In this document: in pieces, positions 11,731-25,592 of the stretch | Layout: each line of letters begins with the position of its first letter | Numbering within the stretch: the first letter of the stretch is position 1 | NCBI RefSeq assembly: GCF_018977255.1 | Contig: NW_024704742.1 | Coordinates: 131,442,001 to 131,506,000 of the forward strand | DNA: 64,000 bases | Source: Callorhinchus milii | Taxonomy: Eukaryota | Direction of reading: 5' to 3' | Made by a program: the position numbers and the translations under genes | Notes under the pieces: model-generated | Told to the model about the DNA's origin: nothing | The model's database searches: none | What the model saw: the letters and a program-made list of their open reading frames with translations, nothing else

Positions 11731-14458
11731 TTAAGTGCACAGAAGTAAGCCATTCAGCCCATCGAGTCTGCACTGGTTTTCAGAGCAAGGTTCTCATTCA
11801 ATCTTGCTGCCATTTCCTATTCCGTATTCCTTCGGGCCTCATTTCATAATGAAATCAGCCAAAAAGCCTTTTTAAGCACTCCGAGATGCTACCCATGTGA
11901 AAGGCACTATATAAGTGCTGTTGTTTTTCTCAGCTAACCCTCGCATCTGATATAACACTGTACCACTGTGTGAAGATGTCACGAGGCTTTTTACAAGATT
12001 TTGCTGTAAATTGTAGTAGTATTTTTGAAGGGGAACGAGGCAGCCAATTTGCACACAGCAACGTCCCTCAAACAGCGGTGAAGGTAGGTTTGGAAGTAAA
12101 ATAATGAATCACCAGCAGAGGTTCACCCTCGGAACAAGATGTCTATAAATTGCTGCATTTTTTTAAGGCAGGCAAAGTGCTCCCAGCTGCTGGCTGGAGG
12201 AAGAAGGTCTTAATTATGTTGCTGTTACCATAGCGATGTTTGATAATAAGCAGCGATCCTCAGACAGGACCTCTTACTAGGATCTGATCTCCGCAGAATA
12301 GAAACCAAAGAGATTAGCTGAAAAAGCTAGCTGATTCTGTGCCTTTTAAGCCTTTTGTGTTTCTTCAATGCTGTGATACGTTTTATTATCAAAAAAAAGT
12401 CCGCAAATCCTGATACGTATTTTACAAGGGAATGCTGTGCGCAAGGCTGGCTGGGCTCAGCACCTCTCTGTTGCATTGAATTTTTCAAAGAATAACACGA
12501 AAGGGTTGCTAGAAGCTACTAAAATATAATGGGGACTGGAAATTGGACTGGATTTTTTTNGTTAACAGGTGACAGAAAAAGGTGTTAAAAGGTGCTTAAG
12601 AATCCACCTCGTCTTAACCCGCTGGGCTATTTTTGTCTTAAACTTGAAGATCACATAGAACTGTGGAAGATTCTTGAATTCAGTCTGAAAATACCTTCCT
12701 TCTCTCCCACCAAACCTCCTCCCTGCCCACCCCTTCCTCACTTCCCACCTTGCTTGCGTTTCTGTTGTTTCTCTGTAAAGCCCTTCTGTCCTATGTTAAA
12801 TAATAATGCAAAGAATCTTTGTGAAAGTTGCTGTATCAAGTGCTAGGATTCAAAGCGCTCAAAATATCTTAAGATATATTGTAAAGCGTAGTGACTGTAT
12901 TTGTAGACTATTGCAGCAGCCCAACAATATCCCCAAAACAGCCACAAAGTGAATGGCCAATTTTATCTGTTTGCCAAGACACTGGGAGAAACTCTGTTCT
13001 CTTTTGGAATAGTGTCATGGGATCTTTAATGTCCTCCTGAACAGGCAGACCCGACGGGGGTTTTACATTTCATCCAAAGGACGGCAGCCCTGGCAATGCA
13101 GGGCTCCACCAGCGCTGCCTGCATTAAAGTATGAGTTCAACGTCCAAGAAGGAACTATCTAAGTGCAAGTTGCTGTTCCTGTGGTAATTATTAGTTCTTC
13201 TTATGAACTGTGGAATGACACCTTCCAAATCAAGACTGAATTTAAGAATTTCCCAAAAGTAAGAATTTTCCAATTCTGCACGATGATTGCATTTTAAGAC
13301 AGAATTGCCTAATTCTGGCTAAAGACCAGGTGTAATCGGCTTAATTAACACCAAAAATGCATTTGGACCCCAATAGACTGTGGTGGTTTGGTTCTATAAA
13401 TTCAGAGAATGGCATGGTGAAGCAGGTAGAGTCGGCCAGTGTCAGCCAAGGTAATAAGAAGTGTTGTGATTTCCAGTCGGTTGCTAAAGACTGTCTGGGG
13501 TTGCACTGATGACGGAGAGGTAATAGGTGATAAAAAAAAATTCCAATAATAAGAACAATGAAAAACGGTCAGCTTCTTTAATATTGAGACTTCCCTGAAC
13601 AACAGTAATGGATCCCACAGAGAATTAATCTGTCATGCTCAATATCTCTATAAGGTATCAGTGACAGACTTGCTATCCTAATCACATGGGAAAATCACAA
13701 AGGAATTTTTTTTATTTCCTTTGAATATTCTTTTCAAAAAAAAATGGAATGTCTTTAAAAGATTTCCTTACATAACGACAGACTGAAAATCCAACTCACT
13801 ACAAAAGCTGTTCCCTGTACTTTTGTCTGCGTACTTAATTATGCATTTGCATTCATTCGGTTGTTTTTTTGACAGTGAAAGAAAGGGTTTGCGTTTTTCT
13901 ATCTCGCAGCCTGTCATTTCTTTCATTGTACAGAGAGTGTTGGTTAGTGCGTTACCCAATAGTAAACATAATGAGACACGTGTCTATTTTCTGCAAATAC
14001 TACACAAGCAAAATTAATACTGTGGACGCTCTATCATTTTAGACATTTAATAATAATATGTAGAGGGGAAGGAAAGAACACAGGAGAAAGAAAGAGAGAG
14101 AAAGAAAGGAGGAAGGAAGGAAGGAAGGGAAAGTATGTATTTTTGTCATGTGCTTTCATGTCAAAAGCTCGCAAAATACTTCAATTGTAGGCAATCGCAG
14201 CTCTATTCATTTATTCATTTGGTGCAACAAACAGCCACAAAGTGAATGATGAATCTGGGGGATTGTTTGCCAGGAGAAACTCCCTTCTCTTTTTAACTAG
14301 CGCCATGGGATCATGAATGTTCACCTGAACAGCAAGACAGGTCCTCGGTTTGACATCTTATCTGAAGGACGGTGCCTTTGACAGTGCAATGGCTCGTCCC
14401 GCAAGGTAGCAGAGTGCCAGGACAATGCTGAAGTGGTGCCTAGTCCTGATAGTGATTA

Positions 14459-14730
14459 CACGTTCCTCCAGGTCCGGCCTCCTCCTCATCCCTCGAGTCC
14501 TCCGCTCGACCCTCGGCAGTCGTGCCTTCAGCCACTACGCCCCGAGGCTCTGGAATTCCTCACTCCCTTTGCCTCGCCCCCTCTCTTACTATTTTCAGGT
14601 CCCTGCTGAAAACCTTTCTTTTCGACCGTGCCTTTTGTCACCTTCCTCCCCCTCCCCCTGGGCCGGCCCCGGAATAGCGCTCTGAGACGCCGTCCAGGGC
14701 GCTATATAAATCCAAGTTGTTGTTGTTGTT
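14459..14730 (+). mobile_element. L2-clade LINE 3' end
   Basis: Encodes RSSRSGLLLIPRVLRSTLGSRAFSHYAPRLWNS; (TTG)n tail; very similar to 56033-56326. Confidence 0.85.
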
Positions 14731-16169
14731 TTTGTAGTGGATATGCCTCTGATTCCTGGATTCTGTGATTAGACTCTCCACCTTCCACCAGCTCCGCTGA
14801 TCAAACAAGCACAGGCAACAGGAGAACAAATGGCAAAGGATGAATTGACCAAATGGCCTGTTTCCCTGCTGTACAGTCTATGTAATTCTGTATGATCTTG
14901 CAACACCTAAAAAAGATAAGGATTAAATTGGCCAATCTGCTGCTAAATGTTGTGCCATTTGTCTGTTACCTTGGCTCAATTTGTAGCACTTTTACCTGTG
15001 GTGTCAGAAAGGTTTTTTGGTTCAAGCCCTGTATCAGTGGCTTGGGACGTCCTCCCGATGTGAAAGGCGCTATACAAATATAATTTTGTATTGTATTGTT
15101 TGAGCTTGATAAATATTCCTTACTTTTGATATAGCGCTTTTTACGTCAGGAGGAAGTCTCAAAGGGCTTCACAAGATTTGCTGTAAAGTGCAGTGACTGT
15201 GGTTTGTAGGTGAACGTGATAATAAATTTGTCGCACAAATGAAGGACTAATTATATCTGGGGAATTGTTGGCCAGGATATTGAGAAAAACTCCCTTCTCT
15301 TTTTTACTAGTGGCATGGGATCTTGGTAAGCAGATGAGACATTGGTTTACAATGACAACGACAACAACTTGCACTTATATAGCGCCCTCCATGCAGGGTA
15401 GTGTCTCAGAGCACTTAAGGTCTAATAATAATGAACTTCACAGAATATATGTGGGTGAAACACGGCAGCAAATTGCTCATAGCAGTGTGCCACAAAGTGT
15501 CGTGGATTGAGAGACCAATTTTTTTATATAAAAAAGTTACATCTGTAGTCTCTATCAAAGACGAGGCCCTCAAATGTGTTCTTACACCAGTCCAGCCTAA
15601 CAAAGCAATATATTCCTTCCCAAAGCCACTCACGACCTCCCTCTTAAAACAGGACCTGTCTGGGTAAACTGTTTCTGCTCTAGTAGGTTGCTCCATGGTC
15701 TTTCTCCGCTGGGAATCATTACACATCAGTTTTGCCTTGTGATATAAGGACAGACAGCACATATTGATCTGTATTTGTTGTGAGGAGTGGAGGAAGAATA
15801 GGGATGAATTAGGAACAACTGGATAAGGTAAAGCTCTTCAGCTTTGAAAAGAAACGTCCCACAGGGGACCTTAGAGAGGCATATAAATTGAAACGAGAAA
15901 ATAAACCCAGAACTCCACGGCTGTTTGTGGGACATTTCTGTGTGCAAATTGGCTGCCGTGTTCGTCCACAAATCACACAGTCGCCACGCTTCTTGCCACC
16001 ACCGTCTGGAACTCCATCCTGGATTTCCTTAATCACACCATATCCCTGGCCTCCTTCAAGGTTCACCTGAAGACCTTCCTCCTCGACCTCACTTTAGGCC
16101 ATCTTTTCCCCATCAACCCCTTCTGCCCCAGATCATGTGCAAACCTTATAATTATTATTCACAATACTT

Positions 16170-16410
16170 TTAAGTATGTCAAGGCAGAATGTCAAGAGAG
16201 AACAGGTACAGTGTTTAGGGCAATTGAGAGGAAGTATTTATTTGCACAGAGGGTGGCTAACAGCTGGAATAAATTGTCAAGACGGGTGGTGGAGGCTAGG
16301 ACATATATAAGGAAAAGCGTGATTCTGTTATGGAAGGTTAGTAAGGTGGATATTCTGGAAAGATGAGTTCAAATGGGTTGAAAGGCCTTCTTAGTCCAAG
16401 GCTGTCTAAC
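16170..16410 (+). mobile_element. CR1-clade LINE 3' fragment
   Basis: Degenerate RKYLFAQRVANSWNKLSRRVVEA, matching the CR1 ORF2 C-terminal FFSQRVVxxWNxLPxxVVEA motif, followed by a CR1-type 3' UTR. Confidence 0.75.
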
Positions 16411-17219
16411 TATTGATCAGCGGTATTGAATAAAGCATCTTTCCAGCAGGTATATTGTGTGCATTCAATCCTGTCAAAAGGGGAGCCTACAGATGGTATG
16501 CTTCACATCTCCTGACCTGCCCGTCCCATCATCAGTGGTCTGATTCCAGCTTACTTGCCCCCACTCTCTGGAACTCCATCCTGGGATCCCTTGGTCTCGT
16601 CCTTCCCCTCACCTACCTCAAGCTTCTTCGCAAGACCTTCCTTTTTGATCACGTCTTCGGTCATCTTTCCCCACCCCCCCAAAAACAACACCCCCTTAGC
16701 AACCCATCCCCCTTAAAACTATTCCCAGTTCAGGTGCAAACCCTTGACTGTCCTTCACCTTGAGATCTCTTCCCAACATGAAAGATACTATATAAATGTA
16801 AATTATATATCGTATCATTATATAGTATTTATATCTCTGGCATTGAAAGTGCAGGCAATAGATAATTGTACAACTGTTTTGATCTGGGAAAATTCAGATG
16901 ATATTCCCAGGCACAATCCTCACAGATAGAACCAAATGCTATTCCTAAACATTGCATTGGAAACCTCCACTGGTGCAATCTGCCTCGGGGCTGTCATCAA
17001 GCTCTGTTTTTACTTATGTTTATAATCAAGTGCTTTATAATCAAGTGCTTCATAAAGCCGAATAAATAAGTCTCTCACTTAAAGGGCCAATGATAGACTT
17101 GTTCTCTCCAGTCACTGTCCTAAATTCCAGAGGTGAGATGGGCTTGTCATTCAACGCAGCTTCTGCTGTGGTTATTTCCTCACATCAACATCTTACAGTT
17201 TTGGGGGGCTCATATTCCT

Positions 17220-17520
17220 GTGCAGTGCTGGGAGGAAATGCTGCATTGTCGGAGGTGACATCCTTTGGACTAGAACGTAAAGCTGAGGTTCTGTCTGCCC
17301 TTTCAGGTGGATGTGAAAAATCCCTCGGGCCTTTTTGAAAAGAGAAGGAAGTTTCTCTCTATGTAAATTGACCATACACTTCAGGGCTGTTTGTGGGACC
17401 TCGCTGTGTGCTTGCCTTTTAATACACAGCCACTGCACTTGACAGCGATTTCTTGTGAAATGCTTTGAGATGTTTTAACATTATAGGCGCTGTATCAAAT
17501 ACAACAATTGTTATTGTTAG
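17220..17520 (+). mobile_element. SINE family B fragment (Deu domain and tail)
   Basis: GCTGCATTGTCGGAGGTG...GAAAAGAGAAGG motifs. Confidence 0.7.
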
Positions 17521-18227
17521 TAGTAGTATTACAATCATTGAAGCAAGTAACATTTAACGTAGGTCAAGGTGGTAAAGACCCTCCCTTTTGCTACCCAAGC
17601 CCACATTGATCAGAACAAGGCCAATAAGTTCAAAGTGCTTGGTTAGTTGATCTCAGCTAATGCAGTACAGGTGCCTATGTTGAGACAGGCTAGGGGTAAA
17701 GGATGGGAGGTTTCCCACTCCTGCTCATTATCCGGAGGTTTCTGTTACAATGAATGAATGTGCAGGCATATGTGGACTCCTGTCACACGGAGCTCGGATA
17801 ATATATACTAACCACCTAAGCTCCTCTCCTGCAGATTACAGTATCTGAACCCATTGATAATAATTATTGCATTAAGTGTCCGCAGCATTTCAAAGATCAC
17901 TGAGGTTACCATCTCACCAGCTTGGATGTCCTAGATATTCCACTTGCTGGTGAGCCGCAGCTAGTAACAGTGTAAAGTCCTATTAATAAGTTCCTTGTAA
18001 TATATTCCTGTAACAGAGAGTTAATTAAAGTCAAATGGCACTTTCATTGCCTCAGTTTTTTTTTTGCTCCTTCCTGTTCCTAAAGATGCTGAGTCATGCT
18101 GGCTTTAGTTTGAGTCACTTCCACCCACAGTATCTTTATCAAGTGGCCATTGCTAACACCCAGCTCAGATAGTGTCATCATGAGCAGAGTCCTCTACTGT
18201 CATCAACAACGAAACGCCAACCACTTA

Positions 18228-18492
18228 ACAATGATAACAACAATAATCCTTATATTTGATATGCGTCTTATCACATCGTTGAAACGTCTCAAAGCACGTC
18301 ACAAAATATACTGTAAAGTGAATTGACTGTATATTTTGTGGGCGAAACACAGTAGCCAGTTGCGCACATCAGTGTCCCACAAACAGTTGTGGAGTGAGTG
18401 ACCACATTTTTTTTCTCTCTTAAGGATTACCCCCAGAAAGCGATCTGCTAATCTATTAACAACCGGGTTCCTAGTCACTGCTAGGTAAACAG
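18228..18492 (-). mobile_element. SINE family A, long form, 5'-truncated
   Basis: Tail and body match 536-897. Confidence 0.8.
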
Positions 18493-20799
18493 AGCTCTTC
18501 AGCTCCCTCACCCCAGCTCAGGCTCCAAGCTGTGAAGCGCTTTGAGACGTCTTCCCGATAAGAAAGGCGCTATATCAATAGCTTTTGTTAACAGGCCCAT
18601 TGTGGTTGTGTCTTGTCACACGCTCTCTTGCTTTCTCTGCTTCTCTTCTATAAGATAGCTCTCACTGCCATGGCCCAAAGCAGTGAGACTTGTTGAATAC
18701 CAGGCAGTTGTCATTCTGAAAAGATTTTGTTCAACTTGACAATGAGTATGTGATGGGAGAGAGAGAGAGATATGAGTTGACGAGAGAAAGAGAGAGTTTT
18801 TACTTTATACAAACGAGCTAATAGCCATCAATTCCCAGAAGATGTCTTTTGCTGTGTGTCTCTTTCAACTGCATCACTTCAGGCATAAGAGGCAAGAGAG
18901 AATACAGGGAAGTAACAATCTACTGAGCACCCCCCCACTGGGAAAAATCATCTGATGTGAAACAACCTTCAATCTAAATGATAGCCCCATGGATCATTTC
19001 CCTGCTACATCTGGTTTGCCTTCCTTGTGTACTTTCCTCTTCATGTGGGCCAGAAAATGAAATTCAATCTGTCTGAGCCTCCACTATGCTAATTTACAAA
19101 TCCTGCACCTTGTATGGAGTGCCACAAGAAGTTTGGGACCGTGGTTCAAATGCTGAAAGGGTTTTGATCCCAAACGCTTTTGCCATCAGCTCACATTATA
19201 TGTTAAGTAGTACCTCAGGATGTCCTCCCAACATGAAAGGCACGATACAAATATAATCTGTTGTTGTTAAGACCTGGAGGGACCAAACTGTTTAATATTA
19301 CTGGCGCTGATCAATATCGCAATCCAACTCACCTTGATCAATTATCAGAATAAGTAATAATAATAATTTCTGGATATTCATACAGAGTGAATCAAAACTT
19401 GTTACTCAGAGGTCTATATGAGATGTTCAAATTGCATGCCAGGAAGACGTTTATACATATCAACTTATTGATAAAAACTTTCCTGTACGTGATGAAAGAC
19501 CCATATCGCTACATCTAAATTGTATTGTAAATTATATTATATTGTATCAAGAATGGTATCAGCGGTGAAACCATTGGGTTTTAATAGATGCTTAGATGTC
19601 TTAGGTGGAGAACAATGTATTGGAAGGATGAACATTGGTGAGCAGAATGGCCTTTCTCATCCTCTTACGTGTAACTGCAATTTCCGATTGAATGCTTAGC
19701 AATGCTTAGTTCTTGTGCAAGCGTAAGTAACACATCATCATTATAATAATAATAATCCTTGCATTTGATCCAGCGATATGATGCTCCAATTAGTCCATGC
19801 CAGTGCTTGTACTCTACATGATATAATGTTGGCTGGAATCCTCTCCTTTGCTGGGATCGAAGGTATTCCCTACCATGTAGCAGGAGACTGAGGCTGGAGT
19901 TGGTGCAGAGTTGCGGCAGGTCAACATCCAGGAAGTTGAAGGATTCTCCAGTTACAGGTAGACGATTATGGCAAGTTAAAGCAAGTTATATGGTTTTAGC
20001 TGGTTAGATTGTATCAGTACCCCAATGCACAACTCTCTGGCCAACCTGCACCTAATACTTTCTGGAATTAGGTAAGCAGGATGTGTCCCTCCAGGGAGAG
20101 AGTGTGCATTCTATTCCAACAATCCATCTCTGGGTTTTACATGTGTAGGTGAGATGCATGGAAATCTCAGTTTGGTTTGGATACTCTTAAGCACGGTGAT
20201 GGGTTTCCGCATGTGACCAAAAAAAATAGCAAGTTAAACCCCAAACTAGGCAATGCCAGAATGTACTTATGGTTGTAGCATTGCAGCCTGTAGTAGTTTT
20301 TTGGTATGTAAAAGATTATTCCAATCATGTTGCAGTGAGTGGATAGACATCTAGAATTGTCTGGCTAATGTATACATCTGATATCTGCTCATGCATCTAA
20401 CTGTTGCTTTAAGTTTTCATATAAATAAGGCTACAAACAGGCTGAACCAAAGGTTGATGTGGAAATGTTCCACCTCAATGGACTGAAATTTAGATCTGAT
20501 ATCAGTGCATTTGATGTATGTCCAATTTTTCTTTCTTTATTGGATTTTCTTTTGGGTAATTCTAGCACCCAATCTTCTTACTGCCTCATGGTACCTGACA
20601 TTGTGCACAGGAGAGATGCAATAAACACAATTACAGTGAAAAATGTTGGAACTTATTCATTCTTCAAAATAAATGGTTGTTGCGTGACTATGCCACTGTC
20701 ACCATGTACACTGGTAACAAATTGTCTGTATTTCATTCATTTGAAAGAAGCTACACACAGGATTGTACATCAATGCGTTCTCAAGCCCATCAATGGAGT

Positions 20800-21101
20800 A
20801 TTGTGGAACTCTATCCCCCAGTGCCTTCGCCTTGCTTCCTCCCTTTCCTCCTTCAAAGCCGGTCTCAAAACCTTTCTCTTTGACCGAGCCTTCAGCTCCC
20901 CTCTCGACTCTCTTCCCCCTTCTCGCTCCCTCCCATCCCTCCCCTCACCCTGACCATTTCCCCCCTCCTCGCTCCCTCCCCTCCCCTCACCCTGACCATT
21001 TCCCCCCTGCTCGGGTCATGACCCAATTGTGCAGCGCCTTGGGACGTCCTCCTGACGTGAAAGGCGCTTTATAAATGGAATCTTGTTGTTGTTGTTGTTG
21101 T
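20800..21101 (+). mobile_element. L2-clade LINE 3' end with internal tandem duplication in the 3' UTR
   Basis: Encodes LWNSIPQCLRLASSLSSFKAGLKTFLFDRAF; terminal stem-loop 21033-21068; (TTG)n tail. Confidence 0.85.
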
Positions 21102-22719
21102 AAGTAAGGTATTGTCTTGTTCCTCCATGACATATCATTGCGTCTCTTAAAACTTGAAATCTGAGGAGTAAAGCCTTCTCCAATTTGCCCATTATGAAAC
21201 AAACCCCTTGCTTGGTCACAGATCTGTCTAAACAAAAGAACGTAGAAATGGGAGTCAGACTTTTAGCCCATCGAGCATGTACAACAAGATTCCATTTATA
21301 GCCATGTACAGCCATTTTAATCTTAAAAATTCTTGCATTTGATGTACTACCTTTCATGTCAGGAGGAAATCTCAAAGTGCATCACAGGATACACTGTAAA
21401 GTATAGTGATTGTGTGTTTTGTGGGTGAATGCGGCAGCCAATTTGCACACAGCAATGACTCAAAAACAGCTGTGAAGTGAATGGCCAATTTTATTTGGGT
21501 GAATTGTTGGCTAGGACACAAAGAGAAACTTCCTTCTCTTTTCAAATAATGTCACAGGATTAATGCAGCCATGTTTTGATTGCCTCTTGATGTATCTCCA
21601 AAGCGAATGGTGCAAGGTGACTCATTTTCATTCCATGGGTACTTTTCTAGACAGACTGGGGTGACGGAAATAATACATACAGAATTAATTGCTATCAATA
21701 TCTCCATTATTGTAGCATGCGTCTACCCGGATGGTAGAAGGTGAACTAGATGGATCTTGGTCTTTTTTGATCTAGCAATTCCATGGAACGTTAGCAGCGA
21801 GGAGGAGAAGGAATTTGATGGGTCCCTCCCAAAAAGTGCCCTTCCATTTTCTCACAACAGTAAAAAAAAGTTGTTAGCAAACTACTATTTTGCATTTCCT
21901 GGTTAGAAAAGATCCATTGGGATGGATATGCCCATCTCTGGACGGCTGCCATTGACGTGAGCAGAGACTGGCATTTCTCTCATTGTCGGAAAGTGATCTC
22001 AGTTCAAGAAGCGTCACTGAAAAGTTCAGCGCCAGTCCAGAGGCTCTTTAATAAATCATGATTGGCAGCAGGGAGTGATGCAGTCGCTCAAGGCCTGAGT
22101 CCTTGACTGCCTACTAGGGCCTTCAGAGTTACAGACAAGGGTCTGGCTTCCTGCCTTTCGAAGAAGTATGCCTCTCCTTGTTATTCCTCACACTCTTTGG
22201 ATGACATTTATGCTCTCCCTGTGCACGAAAAACCCACAAAAGATGTGACTCCTTCGCAAATAATAGTGAACGAGCTTAAAAAAAACTCTTCACCAATTCC
22301 CAAAACATAAAAATAATAATTATTGCATTTGATATGGCACCTTATTACGTCTTCGAGACATCTCAAAGCACTTCACAGTAAAGTGAATTGACTGTATATT
22401 TTGAATGTGTTTTGACAGACCTGACCTGCTCCCACATTCCAGGTGCTGCAAACATTGGGAATTGGGAATGACATCAGCAAAGCTCTAAACCCTGCTTTTT
22501 TTTTTACACACGATTTTACCATTCCCCTCGCCTCATGCAGCTCGGATGTATTTTCCTGTGAAATACACAGATTTCTTTGATATGAGAGCATTGCGCAGCC
22601 CAGGTGCCACTTTGACACCTTTTAGTTTCCTCCCTCAGCCTTTAAGTGTGACTCACTTCTGCCTGAATTTAACTCATTGCCAGACAAATACATAGCGTCG
22701 CTGACGAAGAGGATGGAAA

Positions 22720-23145
22720 ATAATATTCATTGCATTTGCGGGTATCTGAAAGTGTTTCATGGGATTTGCTGTAAAGTGTAGTGACTGTCTTTGTTTGTAG
22801 GCTGTAGTGACTGTCTTTGTTTGTAGGCAGCCAATTTGCACATAGCAAAATCCCACAGACAGGCATGAAAAAAGAATAATTTTTTATCTGGGGCCAGGAC
22901 ACCGGGTGAAACTCTCTTCGCTCTTGAATAGTGCCATTGGATCTTTAATGTTCACCTGACCCAGCACAGACTGGCACTCAGTTTAATGTCTCATCTGAAG
23001 GAAGATTTCTTCGACAATGCAGTGCTCTCACAAAGTGTGTCAGCCTAGACTGTGAATGCAAAGTGCCAACGTGGTCTTGAAACCACAACCTTCTGCCTCA
23101 GAGGCAAGAGCGCTTTCACCTTTGAGCCAGCTGTAGGCTGACACC
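22720..23145 (-). mobile_element. SINE family B
   Basis: Full structure with an internal 26-nt tandem duplication (~22777-22827). Confidence 0.8.
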
Positions 23146-25592
23146 TCTCGGCAAAAGCGACAGCTAGTCTGATTAAGGAACATCCCATAAACAACAATAA
23201 GACAAGCGGGCTATTGATACGAATGTGAGGCTAAATTTGGATTAGGAAGGGAATGAATGCAAGGCACGACATACGATATATCTCTAAAGAAACATAAAAA
23301 CAAGCGACAATAAACATCGCCGTGCGGCTCCTTTGTTCATGATTTCAACAGCTGAAAAAGACGACATAACAGGGAAAGGATTTTGCAGGAAGTATACAAG
23401 ATTTCGATTGAATTTTAAAGTGATCCTCTGTCCTTTTTTTAAACAAAAAAACATGTACAGTGTAGCAATTACAGCATTGTAGTGACTTGCCAAGCAGAGA
23501 GAAATACCCCATGCTTTTTTTCCCCATTATCAGTGATCTTTCAACATTTTTCTCTCTCGCTCTCTCTCTCTCTGTGTCTGTCTCCTCTTATCGAACCGGG
23601 CGCTGAAAATTTCCATTTTAATACCACATTGATTTCATTACGCTCCACACATTAGCGGTGGTCTTTTCTTTAATATGTTTGCAGTGCGTTCTGGTTTTAA
23701 TTAAAGGACAACTCCATCCTCATTACAGCCGCATGCGGGATGAAAGAGAGGTCACCACCGATCTCAATGTTATTATTTTTTATATTCTGTCCAATTGAGC
23801 ACAGCTGCAGGTGTCTGACATTGGCTGTAATTCCCTTTCAATTTGCGGAGAGTGTGGGAGACATTTCAGTCCCTTCTGATCAAAAATAATAATAGTTCGC
23901 TCACTCAATCCACGATTGTTTTAGGATACTGTTCTGCGCAATTGGCTGCCACGTTTCGCCCATGAAATACGCAGCCACTACATTTTACAGTATATTCTGT
24001 GAAGCGCTTTGAGAAGTCTCGAAAACTTGATAAGGCGCTATATCAAATGCAAGGATTATTATTATCTGTGGGGTGTCTGATGCTGTTGCTTTTCTGACCT
24101 GTTTTCATGTGCGGAATGTGATCAACTCCACTTTTATGTTCAATGGCATTTTGTTGAATAGAAGGAAAGTTCCGATTTTTACAGCACCCCTGATCACATT
24201 GAAATGGCTCAAAGTTAATTGCTGCAGAGTGTAGTGACTGTACTCTGACAGCAAACACAGCAGTCATTTGCATCAGCAGAATCCCACAAACAATTAACTG
24301 CGAGGCGAATGATCAATTACTCTGGAGGATTGGAGGATTCTTGGCCAGGAGAAATAGCCTTCTCTTTTTCAATAGTGCCATGAGATCTTCAATGTCTCAC
24401 GTGCTGTATGTTTTGAATCACACCTGACTGGCAATCTAAGTGGCTCAAATGACCTTTGGGCTCAATCCTTCGGCTACAGCACAGCCCCTGTGTAAGGTAA
24501 AGCCATATACAATTGCTGACAGAGTCAGTCTGACTAGATTGGACACAGGCAGAAACTAACTATAATGGCTAGTGACCTATCTGATTATCTACAGACAAGG
24601 AGCTGTCCTTTAACCTTGTCAATTCCTGCTGCTCCTTTAACCTTGTCAATTCCTCCTTGCCTGGCTAGGACCAGCCTACCCTGACTTGGGCAGTTAAAAG
24701 GAGTAGAGTGGGAAGAATCCCTGCTCCCTCTGCCTACCCCTCCTGGCTGGTCTGTCATCAGCAGTGCCTGGAATATTGCTGACCCACCTCGCTCAGGAAG
24801 CAGACTACAAAGGCCACCACAGAGGGTTGACTTGATTCCTATATTCCATCACCATCCACGTCAACCTGAAGCCAGCTCAACTCCAGGGAGATCAATCTCG
24901 ACAATGGGTTTCACTATCCAACAGAGCTCAATTGGCGAGGGGTCCCAGCATAAATAGTTCAGTCCACCTAGTAGAATATATCCAATATAAGATCAAAATA
25001 TTTCGAAAGGCTTCACAGATAATTGCTGTAAAGTGCAGTGACATTTGCAACAATTGGCTGCCGCGTTTTGCCCACAAAATATAGTCTATTCACTTGATAT
25101 TATGTTCTGTGAGGCGCTTTGAGATGCCTCGAAGACGTGATAAGCCGCTATATCAAATGCAACGATTATTATTATTATTGACAAATGGCCATGATGCAAA
25201 TGATTAATTCGTGTGACAGATTGTTAGCCAGTCACAGGGATATTACCTGGAGGATTGCTGGCCATTACACCAGTAGAAATTCTTCTCTTTTTCTAATAGC
25301 AACATGGAGTCTTTAACGTCCACTTGAACAGGCAGAGGTGATCCCGGCTTTAATATCTTGTGCTAAGGATGGCACCTCTGATAATGCAGCTCTCCCCATT
25401 AGTGCACTGGAAAGTTCATCATCTCTATTATGAACTCAGGTCTCAATGTGATTCTTGGATCCTCAAGGTAAAGAACATAAGCACCTGCTACACTGACATC
25501 TGAGTATAAGAAAGTGATGTGGAAAGAAGGAATAGGACATTGTTCAGGGCACACCACAGGAATCCCAAGAATATCTTCCCTGGTGCAAGGAA

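Noticed and set aside
12560..12560. Single N base
   Set aside because: Assembly ambiguity or gap marker, not biological; adjacency across it is slightly uncertain.
15415..15762. 115-aa ORF in non-SINE sequence
   Set aside because: No recognisable motif or splice-site support; runs into a SINE fragment.
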